DNA of 64,000 nt from Zygnema circumcarinatum SAG 698-1b (lineage: Eukaryota > Plantae > Zygnematophyceae): positions 5,101,044 through 5,165,043 of the forward strand of contig CM074805.1 in NCBI GenBank assembly GCA_037447605.1. Direction: 5' to 3'. The notes under the pieces are model-generated. The model saw only the letters and a list, made by a program, of their open reading frames with translations. It ran no database searches and was not told the origin of the DNA. A program made the position numbers and the translations under genes. Below, one piece after another: positions 11,001-22,721 of this stretch. Position 1 is the stretch's first letter. Each line of letters begins with the position of its first letter.

Positions 11001-14000
11001 GTCGATGGATGGTGACATGGACGTTCGAGAGCCATTTGCTAGACATTCATGAGATGCATAACTCGAAATACCGACAACTGCAGATATGCCTATTTGACGT
11101 TCTGGCTAACATTCACAGTATCGTAAGTAGGCATAGATTGCATAGCTCGTTCATGCTCTGACTGCAGCTAAACCAGCTTAGCTCTTCCTTGCGAGCTGCT
11201 CGACTCAACCGCACCTGTTGTAGCAATGCTCGTGCCTGGGTCAGGCCATCTCCTCTCCGCTTCATTAGCTGCCGAACTCTCTTCACTTGCTCTTCTATCT
11301 CTTGTTCTTCTTGTATTGGCCTTTTCATCGCTTCTGAAGGCGAGCTTGCTATCTCCCGCGCCAGCTCCAGTTCCTGAACCAAAGTTGGCTGTGCAATGGT
11401 AGGAGGTCTAGGACTACGCTGTAGTACTAGCCGCCCACTACTTTTAAAACCCAGTCTGCTAAATACGGAGCTGCTTTCCCCGCCTCCAGTATCAGTATAG
11501 TCTGCCTCAGTCATCAGTGGATGAGCGATCACTGACATCTCGTCTGATGCACCGTCCTCCCTGACAGCACGGTCATCTGCCAGAGCCATTGCATGTCCGC
11601 CAATATTTGGTAACGCGACTACCGCGTCCACTGATGCTGCCAACACCAAACAGGACCCCCCGTCTTTTCTACAGGCAGGGTCTCCCTGAGGCAAAGAATA
11701 TGGCAGATTGTCTTCTCGGCCACAACCGCTTTCAACCCCCCTCGGTTCCGCCTCACCATCCAGCTCCTTGTTGCTCGAATAAAGTTCTCCTTGGAGGGCT
11801 TCTTCGATCGAAACAAGCTCTGCTCTCACTATTGAGCTGTTAGCTTCACAATTTGTCTTCTCAAACTGCCCATGATCTGCTCGGGCTAACTGTTCCAGTG
11901 GAAGCTCCTTTCTTTCAGAGCCCTGCCCAACAAACGTGTTGATCTGGACTCCATGTTGTAAGCAATCGCCAAGCTCCTTCCAGTATCGCCGATCCACTCC
12001 GGGCAAATTCCTTAGTACTCCAATCTGGAGACCACACGCAGAACGATTAAGCCCACCGTGAATTCGATTACTCCTTAATAAACGCGCTTTGCTGTTTTCA
12101 CAAAAGACTGGACTGGAAGCCGTAAAGCAGATTCTCGAGTATTCCTGAGTTGTTTAGGGTTTTCAGGGTTTTTAAAAAACGTGCAGAGTAAGCACTGACT
12201 TGGCGCCGAAACTCTGCAAATTCTGCTGCACTGATGCTTCCATCTTTGTTTGCATCTAACAAAGCCATCAGCTCCTCCACATCCTCGGAAGAATTAGGAA
12301 GTCCCACGGCCACCTCTGCCACCACCGAATGCACCTCCTCCATGCTGATGCTTCCGTCGCCATTCCGGTCAAACATTGCGAACATATGATCCGTTTCAGC
12401 ATCTGATAAGTTTGTCTGCATTCTCTCGTCTGACATCGTCCTTGAATCATTGAACGGCATGTCTGCAAGTTCAGCCATAGCCTCCATAATCGCCCTCAGT
12501 TGCTGCACCTGCACTGCCCCCCTCCCCCCCAAAAAAATCCAGCATGCATGCATGAAACAATCACTCTCCTGCCAGAACGCGATAAGCCCTTTGACTCCCA
12601 CTTCAAAGCACAACCACCTACGTAAAGTGCTGTCAGAGCTGGCAGACGTGCAATCCTTAAGACTCCCTAGAGTGCGTGGACATTCCTCTCCCAAGTACCT
12701 GTCTTCGGGGCACTCCAGCTCAAGTTATCTAAAACGCACGCCAGTCGGGATAATGACGTTTCAGATAACTTTAAGGACTGACACGACTAGTTGCTGCTAG
12801 TTGATTGATGAAAGGGAATTCGGAAGTTGTGCACTATTCAAAAATCATGGGGAACATCCGTAACCTCAGCATTGAAACCGTAGCATGAAGGACACTTCTT
12901 CAATGTCACATTTTGGCCCGCTCGCCAGACTAATTACCTGCTTGGGGTCTGTAAGACCACCCTTGTAAGCCCCATGTGCAGCCGCACCATGGACAGCTAG
13001 AGCGTCCATAGCCGTCGTTCGAATCTGCAGTTCCAACGGAGGACTACATCGTTCTTCGTCGATGTGCACCGCAAAATGTAGGCTTTGGTAGTTGTTCTTT
13101 TTCGGTTTGGCAATATAATCTTTTGAACGGTCAGGAATCTCCACCCAGAGAGAAGTAGCAATCTGCCCCACGAGATAGCATGCCTGCACTCCTCTCGCCT
13201 CTTCTTCATCGGCAGATCCTCCCTTGCGTGGTGAGACCACTACCCTGAGACCAAGAAGGTCAAAAACCTCATCACGACGACGACCATCACGAAGGAGCTT
13301 TTTCATCGTGCTATAAAGGCTCTTGCAGCGGCCCACAATGCTAAAACCGTCAACCAAGTCTCTCAGCCGTTCATTTGCCCACAATGCAGTTTCAAGCTTG
13401 TGTCTGCAAGCGTCAACTGTCCTCTCCCCAGCTGGCCACTGCATCTGAAGCCACTCCTCCATGGAACGATACGACTGTGGAAAAAGCACTCTGAAAGCAG
13501 AATCCTCAAGCTCCCACAGAAGCGAGCCAGTCCCAAGAGCGTGGGCCATCGGAGCCCAGACCTGCATAGTCTCCAGTGCGACCACCTGCTGGCGCCACCG
13601 GGGTAGAGACACCAGGTGCCTCATCGTGTCGAGACACGATGCCAGCTCAACTACAATGGACCGCGGGTCATGAAAGCTGAGGCAAAACTGGCGGAGGGAT
13701 TTCGCAGTCGCGTCGTCCAGGTTGTCGACTCGCTGAGGAGCCCCCTGGACCCTCTGGCTGTCATGCAACAGTCGGCCGACCAGCACACCCAAATGCAGCT
13801 CCACTGATCCCATGCTGATCACACCAATCTCTACGGCCTCCCTGAGCAGCCCTGCTGCTATCGTTTCTGCATCCATCTGCACGTTGATGCATACCAGTTA
13901 GGACCGTTCCTTCAGCGTAGAAGAACATGGAACTCCCCTGTCAAACAGTATGTAACCGTAAATCACAACACAGTACGACAAGACACTCTCTGAAACGCAC

Positions 14001-14903
14001 CCGGAGGTCAGCGAGCGTGGTGGCCATGGCCAGCGCCCTGGCAGTTCGAGAGCGTCCTCCTTCTGCAGGCGGGGCTCCTTGCAGCGCTGGGAGCGCGAGC
14101 TTGAGCGCTGCAATGAGCAGCTGCGCGGCGGAGCTGCGCGCAGAAACAGCCGGCAGACGGGGCGCCAGCGTGTCCCACGCGGCCATCAGCTCCATCACTC
14201 TGCGCCCGCCGGCCCGCTCCATGGCCACCACAGGCATGGGCTGCTCGGAAGAAATCCAAGCCTCTGCACCGTCGCTCTCTCCATCTGCTGCACCGCCAGC
14301 CCCTCCCCTGCTCCCTAAACTGTCGTCAAGCGTCTCCGGAGAGTGAGAACTTGGACCCGCGAACCTCTCCTCTCCTCTAGCTGCCACGTCAGCCAGCTCC
14401 TCGTCTGTGAGGAGGTCGCCGAACAAAGGAGGCTCGGCACCGCTCGCCTCCCGTGCAGAAGCGCTTTCTGAGGGCGGCCCAACGTCCCTGTACAGCGACT
14501 CCAGCTCACGCTGCATGCTGCCGTCCTGCAGCACCTCCAGGCTGCGCCACCGAGCGTGCCCCCTCCCCGAGCACCTCCGCTGAGCTCTGCGGCCCATCCG
14601 CGTTGCGGCCGGCCCTTCCTCCGCAAGCGCCGCATCTCGTCCCAGCGACGGCTGCATGGACCTATACGCCTGGACCTGCAGCAGCAGCCTCCCCCCGCGC
14701 CATGCATCCCGCTCAGAAGCCCACTCCGTGTCAACGACCCCTCGGCGGACGGGGCAGAGAGCGGAGCCTCCTGCAGCGGCCTCGCCGGGTCGGAGGGGTC
14801 GAAGCTGCAAGGCCGGGCGGGGGGCGCAGGCGGGCGGCATGGGCGCTCGCTCGTGGCGGAGGGCGGCCACGGCGGAGGGCGCATTGCAAGTGCATGCTGC
14901 CAT
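6877..14903 (-). CDS. CRSH: Ca2+-activated RelA/SpoT homologue (CRSH-type ppGpp synthase, two EF-hands) with a C-terminal linker and HAT/TPR repeats; ~10 exons, roughly 1250-1300 aa
   Basis: Exon 14903-14001 ends ALKLALPALQGAPPAEGGRSRTARALAMATTLADLR, matching the plant CRSH N-terminal block. Exon 13876-12938 has RelA/SpoT synthetase motifs KSLYSTMKK, DLLGLRV, KDYIAKPKKNNYQSLH and ELQIRT. Exon 12508-12200 has EF-hands DRNGDGSISMEE and DANKDGSISAAE. Exon 12024-11215 is the linker. HAT exons lie at 10594-10528, ~10213-10040, ~9840-9580, ~9057-8950, ~8230-8126 and ~7075-6877. GT-AG sites keep the frame at the junctions checked. Confidence 0.85.
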
Positions 14904-14918
14904 GCAGGGGCCGCCGCT

Positions 14919-14963
14919 TCAGGGCCTCTCCGCCTCCTTGCGGGGCGAGCGCACGGCAGCCAT
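14919..14963 (-). promoter_or_regulatory. In-frame upstream ORF (MAAVRSPRKEAERP*) ending 15 nt before the CRSH ATG
   Basis: Minus strand reads GCC ATG GCT...CCC TGA AGC GGC GGC CCC TGC ATG GCA; the same frame as the ATG at 14903. Confidence 0.45.
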
Positions 14964-15810
14964 GGCCGCAGGCAGAGTGAGGCAGGGCGCAGATGCAGGC
15001 GCAGGGCGGGGCGGGGCGAGGCAGGAGTGACGTGGCGGGCGACGGCGGCCGGCGGGACGAATCGCGCGGTGGGGCGCCACGCGGCGCCGATAGCCGATAG
15101 CCGATAGCCCGCGCCCATCCGCTCCACCGGAAGTACCGTCCATACCTCGATACGGTACGGCTCCAGCAATCGCGATACAGCAAGAGCCCCTAATAATTTC
15201 CACCCGAGTACTTCCGTTACCCAAGAAATTCGCCCTGATTTGGAGGAAACCACTTTTCTCCGCACTTAGTCAGTATTAATGTATTAGGGGTGTTAACTTA
15301 ACCTGACCTATTTTTCAATACAGAATCTGTTAATCGAAACGGATTTTGAACATGGGTCACGCTATTCCGCTGAATTGAAATCTACATTTGTACGATTGCC
15401 ATGCACAGTACAGTACTGTACTGCACAATCTGATTGAACGTGTGAGATGCGAAACGGTACGGTAAATCGTACGATATATGTACGGCACCAATAGGAGCTC
15501 GCGACAGTGCCCGCAGGGCAGCCATGCGCCTCCGTACAGAGAGAAACAGAACGGCCGCATGCCGGTCTCGGGAAACCACGTCCGCCCGCCTATGGGTGGG
15601 GGTCCATCAGCAGGCCTCTTCAAATAGGGGAGATCGGCTTAAGATAAGGGGACTGTCCCCTAACTTGGTTTTGTAAAAACACGTAAATATGGACTGTACG
15701 GACGAAACCGTGCACGTACGGACGAGACAGAATACTTGCCTCCTGCTTACCGTTTGCCTCTAGCAGGCTAAAAACCCATTGTAACTGCTCACAAACCTCG
15801 GCTGGCCAAG

Positions 15811-16161
15811 ATGATGTCAACAGAGGAGATCAACAACATTGGGGTTGATTTCGCTGGCCTTCTTCGAGCTTATCGAGAAGATGTTAACTTGAGGAGAATA
15901 TTGAATAAATGCGATGATGCAAGCACAGATTTTTTTGCTGGTTGGGATGCTATGGGCATTGGGGAAAGGTTTCCAAGGTTGCGAGAATTTTATGGAGACC
16001 TTGCTTCATCATTTCCCAACACTGCTACCGTCGAGTCTGATTTTTCAGTAATTGGATGGGAGGAAGACGAGTTTTGAAAGAGTTTGACAGACTTTTCATT
16101 GGAAGGAATTCTTCACTGCAAACAGTATGATAGTTTGATCGCTCTTCGAGGGTCTCTTTGA
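15811..16161 (+). pseudogene. C-terminal fragment of a hAT-like transposase (dimerisation region), with an in-frame stop
   Basis: RFPRLREFYGDLASSFPNTATVESDFSVIGWEEDEF*KSLTDFSLEGILHCKQY. The FPxTATVESDFS core resembles the hAT C-terminal motif. The TGA is consistent with a CGA>TGA change. AT-richer than the flanking genes. Confidence 0.6.
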
Positions 16162-17369
16162 GTAATTTGCATCACATCTATAGTTGTCTTGTTCAGCCTA
16201 AAACTCATAAGGGAGTGAGACCATTTTTCATTTCATTTCTAATTTTAGTTCCTATTTCAATTTTTCTTTTGTGGCTACACCTAGAATTTTAGAGGTTATG
16301 ATTTGGAATAGAGTTTTTGTGAGGAAATTTCAAGACTATGATGGATTCTAAAGTGATACTTAGGGGCGCTTACTGTACCATGTGTCCTGAAGGGAAGTTG
16401 GTTACACCGACAGCTGAAGAGAGCCACATGTGAACTAGAGCATCGATTCTTGTCCGCATTCTTGATGCCCTGAAACGCAGAGACTGGCGTCTGCAGTTGG
16501 CGGTTCTACATCAGCGAGAGTGCCATTGCATGAGCATGCACTGGCACCCTCGCTGCTGCCCCTGCTTGCCGCGGCAGCACTCACCCGGCCGCCTGCAGCG
16601 GTATGGCCGCCCAGAGGGTGCAGGCAGACGCTCAGCGCAATGTTCTGCGGGCTCCACACCTCTGACAAGGAACACAAAAACTGTGCTTTCCAATTCGCCG
16701 AGAAATTGCAAGAGAGTGGAATGGCTGGAAGGACAGCCCACAGCCTCCCATTATGCGCTTCACAACATGCCGCAAGGAAGGCGTGCCTTTCTTTCTAAAA
16801 GGAAACTTACATTATTTAACGGACCGGACTCGTGAACAACAACACTTCGAGACTAGCACATACCGCTGTCCTAAAGTCACAAAAAAAGCCAACTATGGTT
16901 TTCTGCTTGCGGACAGCGCCTGGCACTTTTGTAGCCTTATCCTTCCATGTGAACATACCACCGCTCCTCCTGCCCTTTGGAAGCGATAACAGTCAAGGTT
17001 GACTATTTGTCGTGGCGGACATTCAGCCACCCTAAGCAGGCGCCTGTACTGCTTATACTTTCCACATAAATGGATGCAAATGCCTTGTTGCCGCTTAATG
17101 AAGAGGTGGCTTTCAGCAGGGAGCTGTTTGCCACAAACTACTCGGACTCCTCCAAAGTTGAAGAGCGGCTCAACTTCCCCTTCTCACCTATGATGCCTTC
17201 GAATTTCAGTTATGGAGCCTATCATGGTGAGCACAGCGAGCACATGTGCAAGGGACATGACGCCCACGTGCGTAGGCGTAAACTCCCGAAGCACAAAAGG
17301 ATGCCCACGGGCAGTACCAGCAATGGCCGGACACGCTCTGTGATTCAGCAAGGAGCACACACATCCTCC

Positions 17370-20300
17370 TTAACCGTACGGGTTACGGAACTTCTTCAAG
17401 AGGTCGGGGACATCGTATCCCAACATCTGTACCAAAGGGGACGCTTGATGTGAGGGCCAGCTCATAACCAAAACGCCCAATCATCACATACTGAGTGTTG
17501 TCTCATCAGACCATAGACGAGATTAAAATACATGAAACTCTAATGGGAAGCAAACGTAAATGGAAGCAAAGTCTTTGCACGTTTGTGGTAAAGGACAGGA
17601 CCTGATCAGCAGCTTGAAGCAGGTTTGGCTTCATCCTCTCAAACTTTGAGAAGTCAAACGCTGCCAGGGCCTCTTGAAAATGCTCCACCTTTGGAAAGTC
17701 GCCAGCTGGCAAATGGTGCTCTTTTTGAATCTGCAATAATCCAGTCACAGCTAAGGAAAGGGACCTCAAATTTAATGGAGCCACGTTTGCTAATTAGAAA
17801 TAGAACACACTGAAACTCCGCTTTTTGGCAAGTATGAAGAAATCACCTTAGTGAACTCCTCCGCCAAGTTCTCGATAAGTTTCTGCTGAGCACGAGGCCT
17901 TCCCATCATGGGCATCTGGGCCCTCAAGTGACTCACGATAAATGCATTTATTTTTGCTGCTCGTGCACGTTTAACGAACTCATTGATCTGCAGAGAGTAT
18001 TAGCGACGCCCAATCATCAGTGGATTTTCACTTGAGCAGGGACGAAAAAATGTACATTGAAGAGTTGTGACACTGTCACAGCAATCCATGGCTGTGGGAG
18101 AAAGGAAGGGGCTTTTCCCGTAGTGCCCCACAAATAGAAAGAGCTAACTCCTATGGTGAAGAGGCCGCATCCGCCTTCCACCTTTCGATCACACGACTTG
18201 CGCGGTATGTCCTTGAGGTCAAGCAGAAGGTCGTTCTGCTCCATCTCAAACAGCTGCCTTCCAAAGGAGCCCACCTCCTCCCTCACAGGATCCACATTGA
18301 ACGACCTGCAACAGACACACACAACAACCCCAACAGCCTAAAACCCTTACGGTTTCAGCAAATCAAGAGTTGCCAAGCTCACGCAAAATTGTCGCCCATT
18401 ACGCCTTTACTTGTCCACCTGAAAATTCCTGCCTAGCACCTTTGTGTTCCAGGCTTGGACAAACTGAGCACTTAAATTTTCCACAAAAGTGAGCCACAAA
18501 ATGGCCAGAACATACCCAATGTAGACACGCGTTACTTCCGGAGTGTTCAGAACCTTTCCTAACGACCACATAAGCGCTCCATATACGCGCATGAGCTGCC
18601 CCCACGAGCCATTCAAAGACGGTGGTCACCTAGAAAAAAAGATAAACTCACCAATTCTACTATGCCTCTGTCTGAAGATTCGTTATTCCAAGATTGACAA
18701 AGGCATGGTAAATCCATAGGATTCATCGACAATCTTCTGAATCAACAGAAATTGACTAGTGATTCACACGAATGACAGATTATGAGAGAAGTCTATAAGG
18801 TTATTAACTAAAACGACTGCAACCAAACTCACGAACATGCATCGTAAACTAGCGGAAAAGCAAGAATGAGGAGAAAGCGAAAGCGAGAGAGGGAGGAGGG
18901 TGGGGAGGGGGGGGCGGCGAGAGAGGGAGAAAGAGGGAGAGAGAGGAAGGGAAAGGGAGAGGGACAAAATAAGAAAGAGAGCGAGGGATTGCCGAGTTTT
19001 GTTGTATACCTGCTGCGTGTCCACTTGATCCGCCTTGTTCAACACCACACGGATCTTATCAGCGTTGCCGTGCAATGACGAAATCACGCGTTTGAATTCA
19101 TCGCTAATATCCAGTTTATGCGGATCAAAAAGTAGCAGAATCAAATCACATTTTGAAGCAAACCACTGCCCCAAGCTCATCCACATCAGCCAAGCCATCA
19201 TCAGAGCTGCCAGGCGGTTTCATCCTCAACCTTCAGTGAGAGTTATGTTTTGCATTCTTCCGTGCAGTCATCTGTGCTTACACTGCACTTCTTAAAATTC
19301 AAAACTTCCACGGGAACACTTTTAAAGCTCCTGAAAAAATAATCTTCCCGTTGTAAAGCACTCTCGCAATGGCCCTGCACCCACACACCTCTATGACGCC
19401 TGTGAAGTCGTAGCTGCGCTGAGTTCTTTGCTTCTCACCCGACAGCACCCCTGGCGTGTCAACAAATGATATGTGCTCCAACAGGGGGTGTGGCATTTGG
19501 GCACATTCAAACTTCGATAGGAAGGCGGACCCAAAGCGCTCCAAGGAGCGGAAGGGCATGTCTGCCTGCACAGCTACCGTGTTGCCTGGAATGCTGCGCT
19601 CGTCGGGGCCGTCCTGATTGCACCCTCCCATACGACTTATCTCGTTTAATCTCATACTTGGGAGGCCCAAAGAGGTGCAAGATGGTAAAAAAGTCAAGCG
19701 GCCTCCCACGATACAGCAGCACTCGTTTAAATGAAATAAAAAATGACAATCTAAGGCGATCCGTGACAAAAAGAGGCCCTTTGGAATAGATTTCTACCAT
19801 GACTACAACAAAACGGTCAGTTGTCGGTTCGGGCCCAATGTGTGATCCTGCATGACAATGGCCCCCCACCAACCTAGAAGCCCAGAGTAAGGCTTGAGCA
19901 CGTGCTCCTTCTAAACGCGGTTCTAGCACGCATACGCGATATGCGCACAGCAGGCTGACTGCGACGTGCCTGGATACGCTCGGCGGAGGAGATGGCGGAT
20001 GAACGTGGTCTTGCCGGTGCTGTACTGCGCGCCCCCTCACATCCCCGGGGCCCCACCCCGGTCCCCGCGTTCAATTGCGCACCAACCATAGATGAAAAGG
20101 AGGCAGCAGTCCTTCTCAGAGCACTGCTTCAGAAATTCCAGTTGCCAAACAACAACAAGTAGAGAGCATACAGACTTCCAGGCAGTCCCTATTCACTCCA
20201 TACCTGCCCCAGAAGCATCACCATTGGCTTAGCATCAAAATCGCTGTCTCCCTGCCGCACAAACAAAATACCACGTTAGCTGAAAAAATGAAGCATAGAG

Positions 20301-21161
20301 AATCATGAACTAAAGAGGCCAACGATATTGGAAATAGGGGTATAGTGTTTTGGGGCATAATGTGGCAACATAGAGGTTTACAAGCTAAGAGACAAACTTA
20401 CAAGAGTCGGAGAGACGAAATCGTTGAACTTGTATGCTACCTCCAACGGCCTCAGCTTTTCCACATAGAGGCGCTTCAGTCCATCAATAACAGAAGTCAC
20501 GGCAGAGAGGGGAACCAGGTTCTGCGCAAGTACTCGCACCACGATCAACTTCAGGAGCCTTTTCCAAAATAAAAGGGGAAAAACGGGGGCTGAGGGGAGT
20601 CAAACGGCACTAGTTGCCTACTCGACTTTGTCTTCTTCTTGCAACAAAGCCGAAAATTCTTAATGGAAGTTAGCTTATAGCTGCATCTCACTTTCTCAGA
20701 TTTACTTTTAAACCAGCCGGTCTCCTTCACCATCGGCAGGGGAGTGATCACAGGCGCCGATGACTCTGCACACAGGCAAGCACTACAGCTCCAAGCTTTG
20801 ACAACTGCTCCTTAGAAAAAATATAAGGTTCACAGGGTCACGTAGGCTCGTTCATTGAGCAAAACGAAAAGACTATAAAATCCAGGACCTCGAAGAAAAC
20901 AACAAAGAAAGGTAAAAATAAGAAGCATATGGCCTCCAAAGGCTGCCTAGTTTCTTAACAGATACACATTAAGGAACAGTGCTGTTCGAGCTCACTCATC
21001 ACCATATCTGAAGGAGAACTGGACCGGCCAGACTTGGCTGCAGCCTGCCACTACGAACAGCCAATCAGCTCCAGTTCTGCTGATAACATTGGAATAGAGC
21101 AAGCGCGTAAGCGGAAGCGCAAGCGCGCGCTTGTGTGTGTGAGAGAGAGGGAAAGAGAGAA

Positions 21162-21196
<35 letters not shown>

Positions 21197-22721
21197 AGAC
21201 CCTAATTAAGTTGAAAGGTGGACCCAACGATGTAATTGAGTAGGTTTTCAAACAACCCTGCCCCTTCCTATTCACAATATAGAAGGGATACCTGCATAGA
21301 GGAAGGAGGAGCTTGGGTTTAAGAAACACGGGCAATAGATTTCCATCTCGCACCTCAAGCGCTTCATCGAGACCCACCATCGTCGGAGGACTGATTTCAT
21401 CCAAGTCTGTGCCAACATTGTTCCATGACATGGCATCCTATGTAAGTAAACTCAACAATGTTAAAACTACTTACATTTTAATGTGCTCAATCATCACAAG
21501 ACGAACGGACTTGACTCGATTTAACAGGACTCTGGAGCCCCCTTTCTTTTTAAACAGAAAGAGCACCACGCAATAACTCGTTAACCAGTAGCCACGAATA
21601 AGGAGGGGGGGGAAGAGGGAAGAGGTGGACCGCTGAGTACGGTTGCTTTGCATTGCTGCACGTTGCATCACGAAACACTCTACCTTAGGTTTCTACATTT
21701 CCTTTTATGACTTTGTTTATGACTTTGTGTTCTTAAATGGAGAGACGTACCACGTCCTTTAAGCATGTCTGCCTGCAATTGACCACCCGTTTGCGCAATA
21801 GAAATCATTCTCATAGCTGCCACAAATTCCCAAAACCCTAAAAACCCTTGTCGAGACGAGTCGGCGAGCGCCCAAACCTGTCCGTGCAAACAAACGAAGA
21901 GATCACAACGCGGGCGGGGCTGACACTCTTCACTTTTGCAGGTTGATACTCAACCCACCAGCAAAATCCGCAAATTCGAGACTTGAAGCAGGTTCGGGAG
22001 TTCACCCGTGAATGATCGATCCTGACCTCGAGTTCGTAACTGTTTGGACGAGCGGCCACATTTGACTACTTTCAACCATATCCTAAATTGGCGGTAAAAC
22101 CAATTCAGACCATTCAAATCTGCGCTCTTCAACACTAGTGATGATACACTTTGCTTACGGGGACCAGGAAAACCAGCTTGAATAAAGTAACGCGTGAAAA
22201 AAGTTTGCAGATGTACTGATTCAAACGTGCATCTCAAATACCTTGTTTAGATTTATTACCTGTCGTAAGTCACTCTGTGGCAGCCCGGACATTTTAAAAA
22301 AGGGGACTGCGTCTTGACCAGTCAATCGGCCGTCTCCGTCTATTTATGGCAACAAAAAAGATTCATCTGTTAGAGAAGCTGCAAACCAACCATGCTCTCG
22401 CGACAGATAAGGAAGGAATTGATACATGTGCAATGCAATCAAAGAACCGACTACGTACACTTGACGCAGTACAGATATGGACTCAGAGAAGGTTGGAAAT
22501 TCACCTGCATCTGCAAACTGAAACCAGGCCTTATATATCTGCATGTGGAAGGACGCCAAGGAAGGCGTCATCATATATACCGAAACCCCAGGATAAGCGG
22601 AAAGAAACTGTGAGAAATGAAGATGCGGGAAAATCACATGCACGTAGAACAAGCACGAAGCAAAGCTTACAGTTTCGTCTCGCTGAGCTGCAGTTCCCGG
22701 TCGCAGCAGCATGATATCCAT
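17370..22721 (-). CDS. EHD1: EH-domain-containing dynamin-like ATPase (plant EHD1 type), multi-exon
   Basis: N-terminal EH domain (IYKAWFQFADA/DGDGRLTGQDAV; WALADSSRQGFLGFWEF), P-loop GQYSTGKTTF, HIGPEPTTDRF, FVDTPGVLSGEKQR, LLLFDPHKLDISDEF, LMRVYGALMWSLGKVLNTPEV, C-terminus YDVPDLLKKFRNPYG* (stop 17370-17372). Confidence 0.93.
21141..21195 (+). repeat. (GA)n microsatellite in an EHD intron
   Basis: Direct reading of GAGAGA runs. Confidence 0.85.

Noticed and set aside
12866-13882. RelA/SpoT ORF as bacterial contamination or recent horizontal transfer
   Set aside because: It is embedded in a spliced gene with plant CRSH-specific N-terminal and EF-hand exons; plastid-derived RSH genes are normal in green plants.
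14919-14921. In-frame TGA upstream of CRSH as selenocysteine
   Set aside because: It falls in a transit-peptide-like region with no catalytic context, and no SECIS element was identifiable.
14315-15265. Multiple overlapping 100-316 aa ORFs around the CRSH first exon (likewise at 23400-24050, 30350-31650 and 36670-37480)
   Set aside because: GC-rich DNA gives long stop-free frames. None has a recognisable domain, and the true frames are accounted for by the genes called.
16340-17369. Short ORFs downstream of EHD1 (e.g. 17070-17453)
   Set aside because: No domain similarity recognised; most likely EHD1 3' UTR or intergenic DNA.
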